Origin: Rebecca billardiae RCC1528
Taxonomy: Eukaryota; Protista; Haptophyta
Direction: 5' to 3'
Assembly (NCBI GenBank): GCA_965240325.2
Contig: OZ251223.1
Span: 2,604,001-2,668,000 of the forward strand
DNA: 64,000 nt
Shown here: piece after piece, positions 38,269-53,200 of the stretch
Layout: every line of letters starts with the position of its first letter
How positions within the stretch are numbered: position 1 is the first letter of the stretch
Made by a program: the position numbers and the translations under genes
Notes under the pieces: model-generated
Seen by the model: the letters and a program-made list of their open reading frames with translations, nothing else
The model's database searches: none
Told to the model about the DNA's origin: nothing

Positions 38269-41200
38269 ATGTGTGCCCAGCGCGCCCTCGCTGTCGTCCT
38301 CGCCGCTGTGCTGAGCTCGCGCGCCCACGCGGCCTGCGACGGGCTGGCATTCGAATGCTCGGCAGCATACAGTAACTGCATAGGCAACCCCGCCGCATGC
38401 ACGGACATGTGTGCGCCGCGGCACCCGCGCGTGCCTGCGTGCGCATCGCTGCGCCTGAGGCTCACTGAGAGGTCACGCCCACCCATTCCTGCGCGCGCCT
38501 CGCGGGCGCAGCTTCGTGCCCAACGCGGGTCTCACCTCGACTATCCCGTCGGAGATCGGCACCTTCTCCGTGTGCACACGCCTGTACGTGCGCACACGCG
38601 TGCACCAGCCGCGCCCTTCTCGCACGCCGAGCCGCCGGTTACTGAGCGCGAGCTGACGCCACCCCAACCCCTCGTGTGGCCGCCGCTTCGCGCACGCGAT
38701 AGGATCCTCGACTTCAACCCGCTGAACGGCACACTGCCCACCGAGGTTGGGAACATGACCTCTCTCACCCATCTGTGCGCGCCATCGGCTGCGCCAGACA
38801 CTCGCCACCTTCTCCTCGCCGCGTCACCCGCGCACACCGCTCTTCGCGCTTGCTGTTGACCGTTTGCACGCGAGCGTGTGCGCCCGCTCCCACGCGCCCA
38901 CGCGCCCACACGCTCGCAGCGAGTTTCGGGGCACAGAGCTCACCGGTACGGTGCCGTCGGAGCTGGGACTGCTCACGAGGCTGAAGAGATTGTGCGCGCG
39001 CAGCTCTCGCGCCGTGCACGGGCTCGGCGCGGCGCGCTCGGAGACGCCCGCCCATCTCCGAACCCTCTCCCCGCCCCCTGCCTCGAGTCTGACGTGGCGC
39101 GCCCCACCCTCCGCACCGCACGCTGCACCGTCGCCGCGTGCCGCAGCATCACGGGCGGGAGTGCACTCAATGGCTCGTTCCCGACGGAACTGGGCCTCCT
39201 CACAGCCCTGCTCGAATTGTACGCGGCGCGCCATCCCCCGCCGCGCGGCGTGGCGAGGCTTGGCGTGGCGCGTGACCGCTCACACCTCCTTGTTTGTGCT
39301 CCCACCACGGCTGGCAGGCGGGCATTCGACACCGGCATGAGCGGCCCTGTGCCGTCGGAGATTGGCTTGCTCACCGACCTGCAGATTCTGTGCGCGCGCG
39401 CGCGGCCCAAAGCTGCTGCGCCTGCTCGCTTGCGCAGTACACATGCTCACGCGCACCTTCCCAACCGGTGTGCCTTGCCTGCGCTCTGCTCCGTCGGGCG
39501 GGCAGCTGGCTGACACAGACCTCGTACGGCTTCAGTATGCCCATCGAGCTCTTCAGCGCCACGTCGTTGCAGGAGATCCACCTCGGGCCCACGTCGATCA
39601 CGGGCATCATTCCGGTGCGTGCGTGTCTCGTGGCCGCGCCCTCGGGCTGGGGGGGCTGCGCGGGGGGTATCGCACTTCGCACGCGTGCGGCGCCTCCTCA
39701 CGGCTGACCGACCCTCGCGCCTCGCCACTGACTCGCCGTGTCTCCTCACACTCGCCCCCGCGCAGGAGGAGATCGGGCAGCTCACCTCGCTCAGCTGGCT
39801 GATCATCCCGTTTGCGCGGCTGGAGGGCGAGCTCCCGACCGAGCTCGGGCTGCTGACCGCGCTCGAGATTCTCCGGCTGAACGACAACTTCGACCTGTAC
39901 GGCGTGATCCCGGACCAGCTGGGGCAGTGCACGGCGCTCACCGAGATCTCGCTGCAGGCGAACCAGCTCACCGGCTTCGTGCCGCAGGAGCTGTACATGC
40001 TCACCAGCCTGACCGAGATCACGCTCGCAAACAATGTGCTCACCATCTCCCTGCCCACGGCCTTGATCGGCAACTTCAGCAAGCTCGAGATCCTCAGCTT
40101 CGGCGACGGGGGCAACACGGTGGACGGGGGCACGCTTCCGACCGAGCTCGGCACGCTCACTGTGCTCAGGGTGCTGCACGCCTACTTCGCCGAGCTCAGC
40201 GGCACGCTGCCCACCGAGATTGGCTCCCTCACCAGCCTGCTCGACATCGAGCTCTACGACAACCTCTTCAACGTGACGATGCCGACAGAGCTGGGTGCGC
40301 TCGGTGTGATCAGCCGGTTGGCGCTACAGTCCAACTCGTTCGGCGGCACGCTGCCGACTGAGGTGGGGCAGCTCACGGCCGCGTACGAGCTCTACTTCCA
40401 GGAGAACTCGCTCAGGGGCGCGCTGCCCACCGAGATTGGGCAGCTGGTGCAGGTGGTCACGCTCGCGCTCAACGACAACCCAGACCTGGGCGGCGCGGTG
40501 CCTGACGCGATCGTCAACATGACCTCGCTGCAGGAGCTGGAGCTGACGAACGCCAACGTGTGCGGGGACCCAATTGACACCTCGAACATCGTCGGCCATC
40601 CGTTCCCGCCGTGCCCGAGCCCGGCGCCGCCGCCGTCGCCGCCTCCGAGCCCGCCGCCGTCGCCGCCGCCATCGCCCCCACCGAGCCCGCCGCCGAGTCC
40701 ACCGCCGTCACCACCCCCAAGCCCACCACCTTCGCCTCCGCCGAGCCCACCGCCACCGCTTCCTCCTCCGAGCCCGCCGCCCAGCCCGCCGCCGAGTCCA
40801 CCGCCAAGCCCGCCGCCGTCGCCGCCGCCAAACCCACCGCCAAGCCCCCCGCCATCGCCACCACCGTCGCCGCCGCCGAGCCCGCCACCGAGCCCACCGC
40901 CCAGCCCGCCGCCAAGCCCACCACCGAGCCCGCCACCGTCGCCACCACCATCGCCGCCACCGTCACCGCCGCCGTCGCCGCCACCGAGCCCGCCGCCGTC
41001 ACCGCCGCCTCCGCTCCCTCCTCCAAGCCCGCCGCCGAGCCCGCCGCCTTCGCCGCCGCCGAGCCCACCACCGCCTTTGCCGCCGCCAAGCCCGCCACCG
41101 AGCCCGCCACCGTCGCCACCGCCATTGCCGCCACCGTCACCGCCGCCGTCGCCGCCACCGAGCCCACCGCCCAGCCCGCCGCCGAGCCCACCACCGAGCC

Positions 41201-44200
41201 AACCACCGTCGCCGCCACCCTTGCCGCCACCATCGCCGCCGCCGAGCCCACCACCGTCGCCGCCACCGTCGCCGCCGCCGAGCCCGCCACCGTCGCCACC
41301 ACCATCGCCGCCACCGTCACCGCCGCCGTCGCCGCCACCGAGCGCACCGCCCAGCCCGCCGCCGAGCCCACCGCCGAGCCCACCACCGTCGCTGCCACCG
41401 TCGCCGCCACCAAGCCCGCCACCGTCGCCACCGCCGAGCCCGCCGCCGTCGCCGCCACCGTCGCCGCCACCGAGCCCGCCGCCGTCACCGCCGCCTCCGC
41501 TCCCTCCACCGAGCCCGCCGCCGAGCCCGCCGCCTTCGCCGCCGCCGAGCCCACCACCGCCTTTGCCGCCGCCAAGCCCGCCACCGAGCCCGCCACCGTC
41601 GCCACCGCCATCGCCGCCACCGTCACCGCCGCCTTCGCCGCCACCGAGCCCACCGCCCAGCCCGCCGCCGAGCCCACCCCCGAGCCAACCACCGTCGCCG
41701 CCACCCTTGCCGCCACCATCGCCGCCGCCAAGCCCACCACCGTCGCCGCCACCGTCGCCGCCGCCGAGCCCGCCACCGTCGCCACCACCATCGCCGCCAC
41801 CGTCACCGCCGCCGTCGCCGCCACCGAGCCCGCCGCCCAGCCCGCCGCCGAGCCCACCGCCGAGCCAACCACCGTCGCCGCCACCCTTGCCGCCACCATC
41901 GCCGCCGCCGAGCCCACCACCGTCGCTGCCACCGTCGCCGCCGCCAAGCCCGCCACCGTCGCCACCGCCGAGCCCGCCGCCGTCGCCGCCACCGTCGCCG
42001 CCACCGAGCCCGCCGCCGTCACCACCGCCTCCGCTCCCTCCACCGAGCCCGCCGCCGAGCCCGCCGCCTTCGCCGCCGCCGAGCCCACCACCGCCTTTGC
42101 CGCCGCCTAGCCCGCCACCGAGCCCGCCGCCGTCGCCGCCGCCGAGCCCGCCACCGTCACCGCCGCCTTCGCCGCCACCGAGCCCACCGCCCAGCCCGCC
42201 GCCGAGCCCACCCCCGAGCCAACCACCGTCGCCGCCACCCTTGCCGCCACCATCGCCGCCGCCAAGCCCACCACCGTCGCCGCCACCGTCGCCGCCGCCG
42301 AGCCCGCCACCGTCGCCACCACCATCGCCGCCACCGTCACCGCCGCCGTCGCCGCCACCGAGCCCGCCGCCCAGCCCGCCGCCGAGCCCACCGCCGAGCC
42401 AACCACCGTCGCCGCCACCCTTGCCGCCACCATCGCCGCCACCGAGCCCACCACCGTCGCTGCCACCGTCGCCGCCGCCAAGCCCGCCACCGTCGCCACC
42501 GCCGAGCCCGCCGCCGTCGCCGCCACCGTCGCCGCCACCGAGCCCGCCGCCGTCACCGCCGCCTCCGCTCCCTCCTCCAAGCCCGCCGCCGAGCCCGCCG
42601 CCTTCGCCGCCGCCGAGCCCACCACCGCCTTTGCCGCCGCCTAGCCCGCCACCGAGCCCGCCGCCGTCGCCGCCGCCGAGCCCGCCACCGTCACCGCCGC
42701 CTTCGCCGCCACCGAGCCCACCGCCCAGCCCGCCGCCGAGCCCACCCCCGAGCCAACCACCGTCGCCGCCACCCTTGCCGCCACCATCGCCGCCGCCAAG
42801 CCCACCACCGTCGCCGCCACCGTCGCCGCCGCCGAGCCCGCCACCGTCGCCACCACCATCGCCGCCACCGTCACCGCCGCCGTCGCCGCCACCGAGCCCG
42901 CCGCCCAGCCCGCCGCCGAGCCCACCGCCGAGCCAACCACCGTCGCCGCCACCCTTGCCGCCACCATCGCCGCCGCCGAGCCCACCACCGTCGCTGCCAC
43001 CGTCGCCGCCGCCAAGCCCGCCACCGTCGCCACCGCCGAGCCCGCCGCCGTCGCCGCCACCGTCGCCGCCACCGAGCCCGCCGCCGTCACCACCGCCTCC
43101 GCTCCCTCCACCGAGCCCGCCGCCGAGCCCGCCGCCTTCGCCGCCGCCGAGCCCACCACCGCCTTTGCCGCCGCCTAGCCCGCCACCGAGCCCGCCGCCG
43201 TCGCCGCCGCCGAGCCCGCCACCGTCACCGCCGCCTTCGCCGCCACCGAGCCCACCGCCCAGCCCGCCGCCGAGCCCACCCCCGAGCCAACCACCGTCGC
43301 CGCCACCCTTGCCGCCACCATCGCCGCCGCCAAGCCCACCACCGTCGCCGCCACCGTCGCCGCCGCCGAGCCCGCCACCGTCGCCACCACCATCGCCGCC
43401 ACCGTCACCGCCGCCGTCGCCGCCACCGAGCCCGCCGCCCAGCCCGCCGCCGAGCCCACCGCCGAGCCAACCACCGTCGCCGCCACCCTTGCCGCCACCA
43501 TCGCCGCCGCCGAGCCCACCACCGTCGCTGCCACCGTCGCCGCCGCCAAGCCCGCCACCGTCGCCACCGCCGAGCCCGCCGCCGTCACCACCGCCCTCGC
43601 CGCCACCGAGCCCGCCGCCGTCACCACCGCCTCCGCTCCCTCCTCCAAGCCCGCCGCCGAGCCCGCCGCCTTCGCCGCCGCCGAGCCCACCACCGCCTTT
43701 GCCGCCGCCAAGCCCGCCACCGAGCCCGCCACCGTCGCCGCCGCCATCGCCGCCACCGTCACCGCCGCCTTCGCCGCCACCGAGCCCACCGCCCAGCCCG
43801 CCGCCGAGCCCACCACCGAGCCAACCACCGTCGCCGCCACCCTTGCCGCCACCATCGCCGCCGCCAAGCCCACCACCGTCACCGCCACCGTCGCCGCCGC
43901 CGAGCCCGCCACCGTCGCCACCACCATCGCCGCCACCGTCACCGCCGCCGTCGCCGCCACCGAGCCCGCCGCCCAGCCCGCCGCCGAGCCCACCGCCGAG
44001 CCAACCACCGTCGCCGCCACCCTTGCCGCCACCATCGCCGCCGCCGAGCCCACCACCGTCGCTGCCACCGTCGCCGCCGCCGAGCCCGCCACCGTCGCCA
44101 CCGCCGAGCCCGCCACCGTCACCACCGCCCTCGCCGCCACCGAGCCCGCCGCCGTCACCACCGCCTCCGCTCCCTCCTCCAAGCCCGCCGCCGAGCCCGC

Positions 44201-47200
44201 CGCCATCGCCGCCGCCGAGCCCACCACCGCCTTTGCCGCCGCCAAGCCCGCCACCGAGCCCGCCACCGTCGCCACCACCTTCACCGCCGCCGTCGCCGCC
44301 GCCTTCGCCGCCACCGAGCCCACCGCCCAGCCCGCCGCCCAGCCCACCACCGAGCCCGCCGCCGTCGCCACCACCATCGCCGCCACCGTCACCGCCGCCA
44401 TCGCCGCCACCGAGCCCGCCGCCGTCTCCACCGCCTCCGCTCCCTCCACCGAGCCCGCCGCCGAGCCCGCCGCCATCGCCGCCGCCGAGCCCACCACCGC
44501 CTTTGCCGCCGCCAAGCCCGCCACCGAGCCCACCACCGTCGCCACCGCCATCGCCGCCACCGTCACCGCCGCCTTCGCCGCCACCGAGCCCACCGCCCAG
44601 CCCGCCGCCCAGCCCACCACCGAGCCCGCCTCCGTCGCCACCACCATCGCCGCCACCGTCACCGCCGCCATCGCCGCCACCGAGCCCGCCGCCGTCACCG
44701 CCGCCTCCGCTCCCTCCACCGAGCCCGCCACCCAGCCCGCCGCCATCGCCGCCGCCGAGCCCACCACCGCCTTTGCCGCCGCCAAGCCCACCACCGAGCC
44801 CGCCACCGTCGCCACCACCATCGCCGCCACCGTCACCACCGCCTTCGCCGCCACCGAGCCCACCGCCCAGCCCGCCGCCCAGCCCGCCACCGAGCCCGCC
44901 TCCGTCGCCACCACCATCGCCGCCGCCGTCACCGCCGCCATCGCCGCCACCGAGCCCGCCGCCGTCACCGCCGCCTCCGCTCCCTCCACCGAGCCCGCCG
45001 CCGAGCCCGCCGCCGAGTCCGCCGCCGAGCCCACCACCGCCTTCGCCGCCGCCGAGCCCACCACCGAGCCCGCCGCCATCGCCACCACCATCGCCGCCAC
45101 CGTCACCACCGCCTTCGCCTCCGCCCAGCCCGCCGCCGTCGCCACCGCCGTCCCCACCGCCGAGCCCGCCACCCAGTCCACCCCCCAGCCCACCGCCGCC
45201 GTTTCCACCGCCCAGTCCTCCGCCATCGCCGCCACCGAGCCCACCGCCAAGCCCACCGCCTCCGTCGCCGCCCCCAAGCCCGCCGCCGAGCCCGCCGCCG
45301 AGCCCGCCGCCTTCGCCACCGCCAAGCCCGCCGCCTTCGCCGCCGCCGTCTCCACCGCCAAGCCCACCACCGAGCCCGCCCCCAAGCCCGCCACCGTCAC
45401 CGCCGCCGAGCCCGCCGCCTCCAAGCCCACCACCGAGCCCGCCGCCAAGCCCGCCGCCGTCACCGCCACCAAGTCCACCGCCGCCGTCGCCACCGCCGAG
45501 CCCACCGCCGAGCCCACCCCCGTCGCCACCACCATTGCCGCCACCATCGCCGCCACCGTCGCCTCCGCCGGCCCCACCGCCAAGTCCACCACCGAGTCCA
45601 CCGCCGAGTCCGCCACCGTCGCCGCCGCCGTCGCCACCACCGTTGCCGCCACCTAGCCCGCCACCTAGCCCGCCACCCAGCCCACCGCCGCCGAGCCCGC
45701 CGCCCAGTCCGCCGCCATCGCCGCCTCCAAGCCCGCCGCCGAGCCCGCCGCCGCCAAGCCCGCCGCCGAGCCCGCCTCCCAGCCCGCCGCCGAGCCCACC
45801 GCCGAGCCCACCGCCCAGCCCACCGCCAAGCCCGCCACCGTTGCCGCCGCCGAGCCCGCCGCCGAGCCCGCCGCCGAGCCCGCCGCCGTCGCCTCCGCCC
45901 AGCCCGCCACCACCGAGCCCGCCGCCGAGCCCGCCACCGAGCCCGCCGCCGAGCCCGCCGCCAAGTCCACCGCCGCCATCGCCGCCGCCGTCGCCGCCAC
46001 CATCGCCACCACCTTCGCCACCGCCCAGCCCGCCACCCAGCCCGCCACCGCGCCCGCCGCCGTCGCCGCCGCCGAGTCCACCGCCGCCGTCGCCGCCGCC
46101 GAGCCCCCCGCCAAGCCCGCCACCGTCGCCACCACCGAGTCCACCGCCGCCGTCGCCACCGCCAAGTCCGCCGCCAAGTCCGCCGCCATCGCCACCGCCA
46201 TCACCGCCGCCGTCGCCGCCACCTTTGCCACCGCCATCGCCACCACCAAGTCCACCACCGAACCCACCGCCCAGTCCGCCACCATCACCGCCGCCGTCGC
46301 CACCACCATTGCCGCCACCTAGCCCGCCACCTAGCCCGCCGCCCAGCCCACCGCCACCGAGCCCGCCTCCGAGTCCACCGCCATCGCCGCCACCAAGCCC
46401 GCCGCCGAGCCCGCCGCCGCCAAGCCCGCCGCCCAGCCCGCCGCCGAGCCCGCCGCCGAGCCCACCGCCGAGCCCACCACCCAGCCCACCGCCAAGCCCG
46501 CCACCGTCGCCACCGCCGAGCCCGCCGCCGAGCCCGCCGCCGAGCCCACCGCCGTCGCCTCCGCCCAGCCCGCCACCGCCCAGCCCGCCACCCAGCCCGC
46601 CACCGAGCCCGCCGCCGTCGCCGCCGCCAAGTCCACCGCCGCCGTCGCCGCCGCCGTCGCCGCCGCCATCGCCGCCGCCATCGCCACCGCCAGTACCGCC
46701 ACCGTCGCCGCCACCGTCGCCACCACCGTCGCCACCGCCGAGCCCACCACCGAGCCCGCCGCCGAGTCCGCCACCATCGCCGCCTCCGAGCCCACCGCCG
46801 CCGAGCCCACCGCCGAGCCCGCCGCCAAGCCCGCCACCGTCGCCACCGCCAAGTCCACCGCCGCCGTCGCCACCGCCAAGTCCGCCGCCATCGCCGCCGC
46901 CATTGCCACCGCCATCACCGCCGCCGTCGCCGCCGCCCTTGCCACCGCCGTCGCCGCCGCCTAGCCCACCACCCAACCCACCGCCCAGTCCGCCACCATT
47001 GCCGCCGCCGTCGCCACCACCATTGCCGCCACCTAGCCCGCCACCTAGCCCGCCGCCCAGCCCACCGCCACCGAGCCCGCCGCCCAGTCCACCGCCATCG
47101 CCGCCTCCAAGCCCGCCGCCAAGTCCGCCGCCGCCAAGCCCGCCGCCCAGCCCGCCGCCCAGCCCGCCGCCGAGCCCACCGCCGAGCCCACCACCCAGCC

Positions 47201-50200
47201 CACCACCAAGCCAGCCACCGTCGCCGCCGCCGAGCCCGCCGCCGAGCCCGCCGCCGAGCCCACCGCCGTCGCCTCCGCCCAGCCCACCACCGCCCAGCCC
47301 GCCACCCAGCCCGCCACCGAGCCCGCCGCCGTCGCCGCCGCCAAGTCCACCGCCGCCATCGCCGCCGCCGTCACCGCCGCCATCGCCGCCGCCATCGCCA
47401 CCGCCATCACCGCCACCGTCGCCGCCACCGTCGCCACCACCGGCGCCACCGCCGAGCCCACCACCCAGCCCGCCGCCGAGTCCGCCACCATCGCCGCCTC
47501 CGAGCCCACCGCCGCCGAGCCCACCGCCGAGCCCGCCGCCAAGCCCGCCACCGTCGCCACCGCCAAGTCCACCGCCGCCATCGCCACCGCCGAGCCCGCC
47601 GCCATCGCCACCGCCGAGCCCGCCGCCGTCGCCGCCGCCGTCGCCACCGCCGTCGCCACCACCAAGTCCGCCGCCAAGCCCACCGCCGAGCCCACCGCCG
47701 AGTCCGCCACCATCGCCGCCGCCGAGCCCACCGCCGCCGAGCCCACCGCCGAGTCCGCCGCCAAGCCCGCCACCGTCGCCACCGCCAAGTCCACCGCCGC
47801 CATCGCCACCGCCGAGCCCGCCGCCATCGCCACCGCCGAGCCCGCCGCCGTCACCGCCACCGTCGCCGCCACCGTCGCCACCACCGTCGCCACCGCCCAG
47901 CCCACCACCCAGCCCGCCGCCGAGTCCGCCACCATCGCCGCCGCCGAGCCCACCGCCTCCGAGCCCACCGCCGAGCCCGCCGCCAAGCCCGCCACCGTCG
48001 CCACCACCGAGTCCACCGCCGCCGTCGCCACCGCCAAGTCCGCCGCCGAGCCCACCACCGTCGCCGCCACCATCGCCGCCGCCATCACCGCCACCATCGC
48101 CGCCGCCCTTGCCACCGCCAAGCCCACCGCCGAGTCCACCGCCCAGTCCGCCACCATCGCCGCCGCCGTCGCCACCACCGTTGCCGCCGCCTAGCCCGCC
48201 GCCTAGCCCGCCGCCCAGCCCACCGCCACCTAGCCCGCCTCCGAGCCCACCGCCATCGCCGCCACCAAGCCCGCCGCCAAGCCCGCCGCCGCCAAGCCCG
48301 CCGCCGAGCCCACCGCCCAGCCCGCCGCCGAGCCCACCGCCGAGCCCACCACCCAGCCCACCGCCAAGCCCGCCACCGTCGCCGCCGCCGAGCCCGCCGC
48401 CGAGCCCGCCGCCGAGCCCGCCGCCGTCGCCTCCGCCAAGCCCGCCACCGCCCAGCCCGCCACCCAGCCCGCCACCCAGCCCGCCGCCGTTGCCGCCGCC
48501 AAGTCCACCGCCGCCGTCGCCGCCGCCGTCGCCGCCGCCATCGCCGCCGCCATCGCCACCGCCAGTACCGCCACCGTCGCCGCCACCGTCGCCACCACCG
48601 TCGCCACCGCCGAGCCCACCACCCAGCCCGCCGCCGAGTCCGCCACCATCGCCGCCTCCGAGCCCACCGCCGCCGAGCCCACCGCCGAGCCCGCCGCCAA
48701 GCCCGCCACCGTCGCCACCGCCAAGTCCACCGCCGCCGTCGCCACCGCCGAGCCCGCCGCCATCGCCACCGCCGAGCCCACCGCCATCGCCACCGCCGTC
48801 GCCACCGCCGTCGCCACCGCCGGCCCCACCGCCGAGCCCTCCACCCAGCCCGCCGCCGAGTCCACCACCATCGCCGCCGCCGAGCCCACCGCCACCGAGC
48901 CCACCGCCGAGCCCACCGCCAAGCCCGCCACCGTCGCCACCACCGAGTCCACCGCCGCCGTCGCCACCGCCGAGCCCACCGCCGAGCCCGCCACCATCGC
49001 CGCCGCCATTACCGCCACCATCGCCGCCACCATCGCCGCCGCCTTTGCCACCGCCAAGCCCACCGCCGAGTCCACCGCCAAGCCCTCCACCATCGCCGCC
49101 GCCGTCGCCACCACCATTGCCGCCGCCTAGCCCGCCGCCGAGCCCGCCGCCCAGCCCACCGCCACCGAGCCCGCCTCCGAGTCCACCGCCATCGCCGCCT
49201 CCAAGCCCGCCGCCGAGCCCGCCGCCACCAAGCCCGCCGCCGAGCCCGCCGCCCAGCCCGCCGCCGAGCCCACCGCCGAGCCCACCACCCAGCCCACCGC
49301 CAAGCCCGCCGCCGTCGCCTCCGCCGAGCCCGCCGCCGAGCCCGCCGCCGAGCCCGCCGCCGTCGCCTCCGCCCAGCCCGCCACCGCCCAGCCCGCCACC
49401 CAGCCCGCCACCCAGCCCGCCGCCGTCGCCGCCGCCAAGTCCACCGCCGCCATCGCCACCGCCATCGCCGCCGCCATCGCCGCCGCCATCGCCACCGCCA
49501 TCACCGCCACCGACGCCGCCACCGTCGCCACCACCGTCGCCACCGCCGAGCCCACCACCCAGCCCGCCGCCGAGTCCGCCACCATCGCCGCCTCCGAGCC
49601 CACCGCCGCCGAGCCCACCGCCGAGCCCGCCGCCAAGCCCGCCACCGTCGCCACCGCCAAGTCCACCGCCACCGTCGCCGCCGCCGAGCCCGCCGCCATC
49701 GCCACCGCCGAGCCCGCCACCATCGCCACCGCCGTCGCCACCGCCGTCGCCACCGCCGGCCCCACCGCCGAGCCCTCCACCCAGCCCGCCGCCGAGTCCA
49801 CCACCATCGCCGCCGCCGAGTCCACCGCCGCCGAGCCCACCGCCGAGCCCACCGCCGAGCCCGCCACCGTCGCCACCACCGAGTCCACCGCCGCCGTCGC
49901 CACCGCCAAGTCCGCCGCCAAGTCCACCGCCATCGCCACCGCCATCACCGCCGCCGTCGCCGCCACCTTTGCCACCGCCGTCGCCACCACCAAGTCCACC
50001 ACCGAGCCCACCGCCCAGTCCGCCACCATCACCGCCGCCGTCGCCACCACCATTGCCGCCACCTAGCCCGCCGCCTAGCCCGCCGCCCAGCCCACCGCCG
50101 CCGAGCCCGCCTCCGAGTCCACCGCCATCGCCGCCTCCAAGCCCGCCGCCGAGCCCGCCGCCGCCAAGCCCGCCGCCGAGCCCGCCACCGAGCCCGCCGC

Positions 50201-53200
50201 CGAGCCCACCGCCGAGCCCACCACCCAGCCCACCGCCAAGCCCGCCGCCGTCGCCGCCGCCGAGCCCGCCGCCGAGCCCGCCGCCGAGCCCGCCGCCGTC
50301 GCCTCCGCCCAGCCCGCCACCGCCCAGCCCGCCACCCAGCCCGCCACCGAGCCCGCCGCCGTCGCCGCCGCCAAGTCCGCCGCCGCCGTCGCCGCCACCG
50401 TCACCGCCGCCATCGCCGCCGCCATCGCCGCCGCCATCACCGCCACCGTCGCCGCCACCGTCGCCACCACCGGCGCCACCGCCGAGCCCACCACCCAGCC
50501 CGCCGCCGAGTCCGCCACCATCGCCGCCTCCGAGCCCACCGCCGCCAAGCCCGCCGCCAAGCCCACCACCGAGCCCACCACCGTCGCCACCGCCAAGTCC
50601 CCCGCCACCGTCGCCACCGCCGAGCCCGCCGCCATCGCCGCCGCCGTCGCCACCGCCATCGCCACCACCGTCGCCACCGCCGTCGCCACCACCAAGTCCG
50701 CCACCGAACCCGCCACCCTCGCCGCCGCCGAGCCCGCCGCCGTCGCCTCCACCAAGTCCGCCGCCTCCGAGCCCGCCTCCGAGTCCGCCGCCAAGCCCGC
50801 CGCCCTCACCGCCGCCAAGTCCACCGCCGCCGTCCCCCCCGCCATCGCCACCACCGTCGCCACCACCGTCGCCGCCGCCGAGCCCACCGCCGAGCCCGCC
50901 GCCGAGCCCGCCACCAAGTCCGCCGCCGAGCCCGCCGCCGCCGAGCCCGCCTCCGAGCCCGCCGCCGAGCCCGCCGCCGTCGCCGCCACCGAGTCCACCG
51001 CCGCCGTCGCCACCGCCGAGCCCGCCGCCATCGCCGCCGCCGTCGCCGCCGCCGTCGCCACCTCCGTCGCCACCGCCATCCCCGCCACCTACTCCGCCGC
51101 CGAGCCCCCCACCCAGCCCCCCGCCGCTGCCGCCGCCGAGCCCACCGCCGAGCCCGCCGCCGAGCCCACCGCCATCGCCACCACCGTCGCCGCCGCCATC
51201 GCCGCCGCCGTCGCCGCCGCCAAGCCCGCCGCCATCGCCACCGCCGTCGCCGCCGCCCAGCCCGCCGCCGAGCCCGCCGCCCAGCCCACCGCCGCCGAGC
51301 CCGCCGCCCAGCCCTCCGCCGTCACCGCCGCCGAGCCCGCCGCCGAGCCCGCCGCCACCATCGCCGCCGCCCAGCCCGCCCCCCAGCCCACCTCCGAGCC
51401 CGCCGCCGTCGCCGCCGCCATCGCCACCCCCATCACCGCCACCCTCGCCGCCGCCCAGCCCGCCGCCACCCAGTCCACCGCCAAGCCCGCCGCCGAGCCC
51501 ACCGCCGAGCCCACCGCCGAGCCCGCCACCGAGCCCACCGCCAAGCCCACCACCATTGCCCCCACCGTCGCCGCCGCCCTCGCCGCCTCCCTTGCCACCG
51601 CCAAGTCCACCGCCGTCACCACCGCCCAGCCCGCCTCCAAGCCCGCCACCGAACCCACCGCCAAGCCCGCCACCGTCACCACCGCCGAGTCCGCCTCCCA
51701 GCCCGCCGCCAAGCCCTCCGCCGTCGCCTCCGCCGAGCCCGCCACCGAGCCCGCCGCCGCCCTCGCCACCACCCTCGCCGCCACCAAGCCCGCCGCCATC
51801 GCCACCGCCGAGTCCGCCACCCCCGAGCCCTCCGCCGAGCCCGCCGCCGAGCCCGCCACCATCTCCACCGCCCAGCCCACCACCCAGTCCACCGCCATCG
51901 CCGCCGCCATCGCCACCGCCGAGCCCGCCACCGCCGAGCCCGCCGCCAAGCCCGCCACCGAGCCCGCCACCGAGCCCGCCGCCGTCGCCTCCTCCGCCTT
52001 CGCCGCCCCCATCGCCGCCGCCCAGCCCGCCGCCGAGCCCACCACCGAGCCCACCGCCCAGCCCACCGCCGACGCCACCACCGAGCCCACCGCCCAGCCC
52101 GCCGCCGCCGAGCCCGCCGCCATCGCCGCCGCCGAGCCCGCCGCCGACCCCACCGCCAAGTCCGCCGCCGAGCCCGCCGCCGTCTCCGCCACCGTCACCG
52201 CCGCCGAGCCCGCCGCCGCCGAGCCCTCCGCCGAGCCCGCCGCCAAGCCCGCCGCCGAGCCCGCCGCCAACCCCGCCACCAAGCCCGCCACCCAGCCCGC
52301 CGCCAACCCCGCCACCGAGCCCACCACCACCCAGTCCGCCGCCGAGTCCGCCGCCATCGCCACCGCCATCGCCGCCACCAAGCCCACCGCCAAGCCCGCC
52401 GCCCTCGCCGCCGCCTTCGCCGCCGCCAAGCCCGCCGCCGCCGAGCCCACCACCCAGCCCACCACCATCGCCGCCCCCAGCGCCGCCACCCAGCCCGCCG
52501 CCAGCGCCGCCTCCCTCGCCGCCGCCCAGCCCTCCGCCCAGCCCGCCACCGCCCAGCCCGCCGCCTTCGCCACCACCGACTCCGCCACCCAGCCCACCGC
52601 CATCACCGCCGCCACCAAGCCCTCCACCGAGCCCGCCCCCATCGCCACCGCCCTCGCCGCCGCCGAGCCCGCCACCGCCGTCACCGCCGCCCAGCCCACC
52701 GCCGTCGCCACCGCCATCACCGCCACCAAGCCCGCCACCGCCGAGCCCGCCGCCCTCGCCGCCACCGTCACCGCCGCCCGCACCGCCGCCGAGCCCGCCG
52801 CCCGCACCCCCGCCGAGCCCGCCACCGTTTCCGCCGCCCTCACCACCGCCGCCAAGTCCACCGCCAAGCCCACCTCCGGTTCCGCCGCCGAGTCCTCCGC
52901 CAAGTCCTCCGCCGAGCCCGCCGCCATTGCCGCCGCCCAGTCCGCCACCGAGCCCACCACCGCCGTCGCCGCCACCTTCGCCACCGCCGAGCCCGCCACC
53001 ACGCCCGCCACCGTCTCCACCGCCCAGTCCGCCGCCACAACCGCCGCCGTCCCCGCCCCCAAGCCCACCGCCACCGAGCCCGCCACCGAGCCCACCACCG
53101 AGCCCGCCGCCGTCGCCACCACCCAGCCCGCCGCCGCCATCGCCACCGCCGAGCCCGCCACCGAGCCCGCCGCCCAACCCGCCACCAAGCCCGCCACCGC

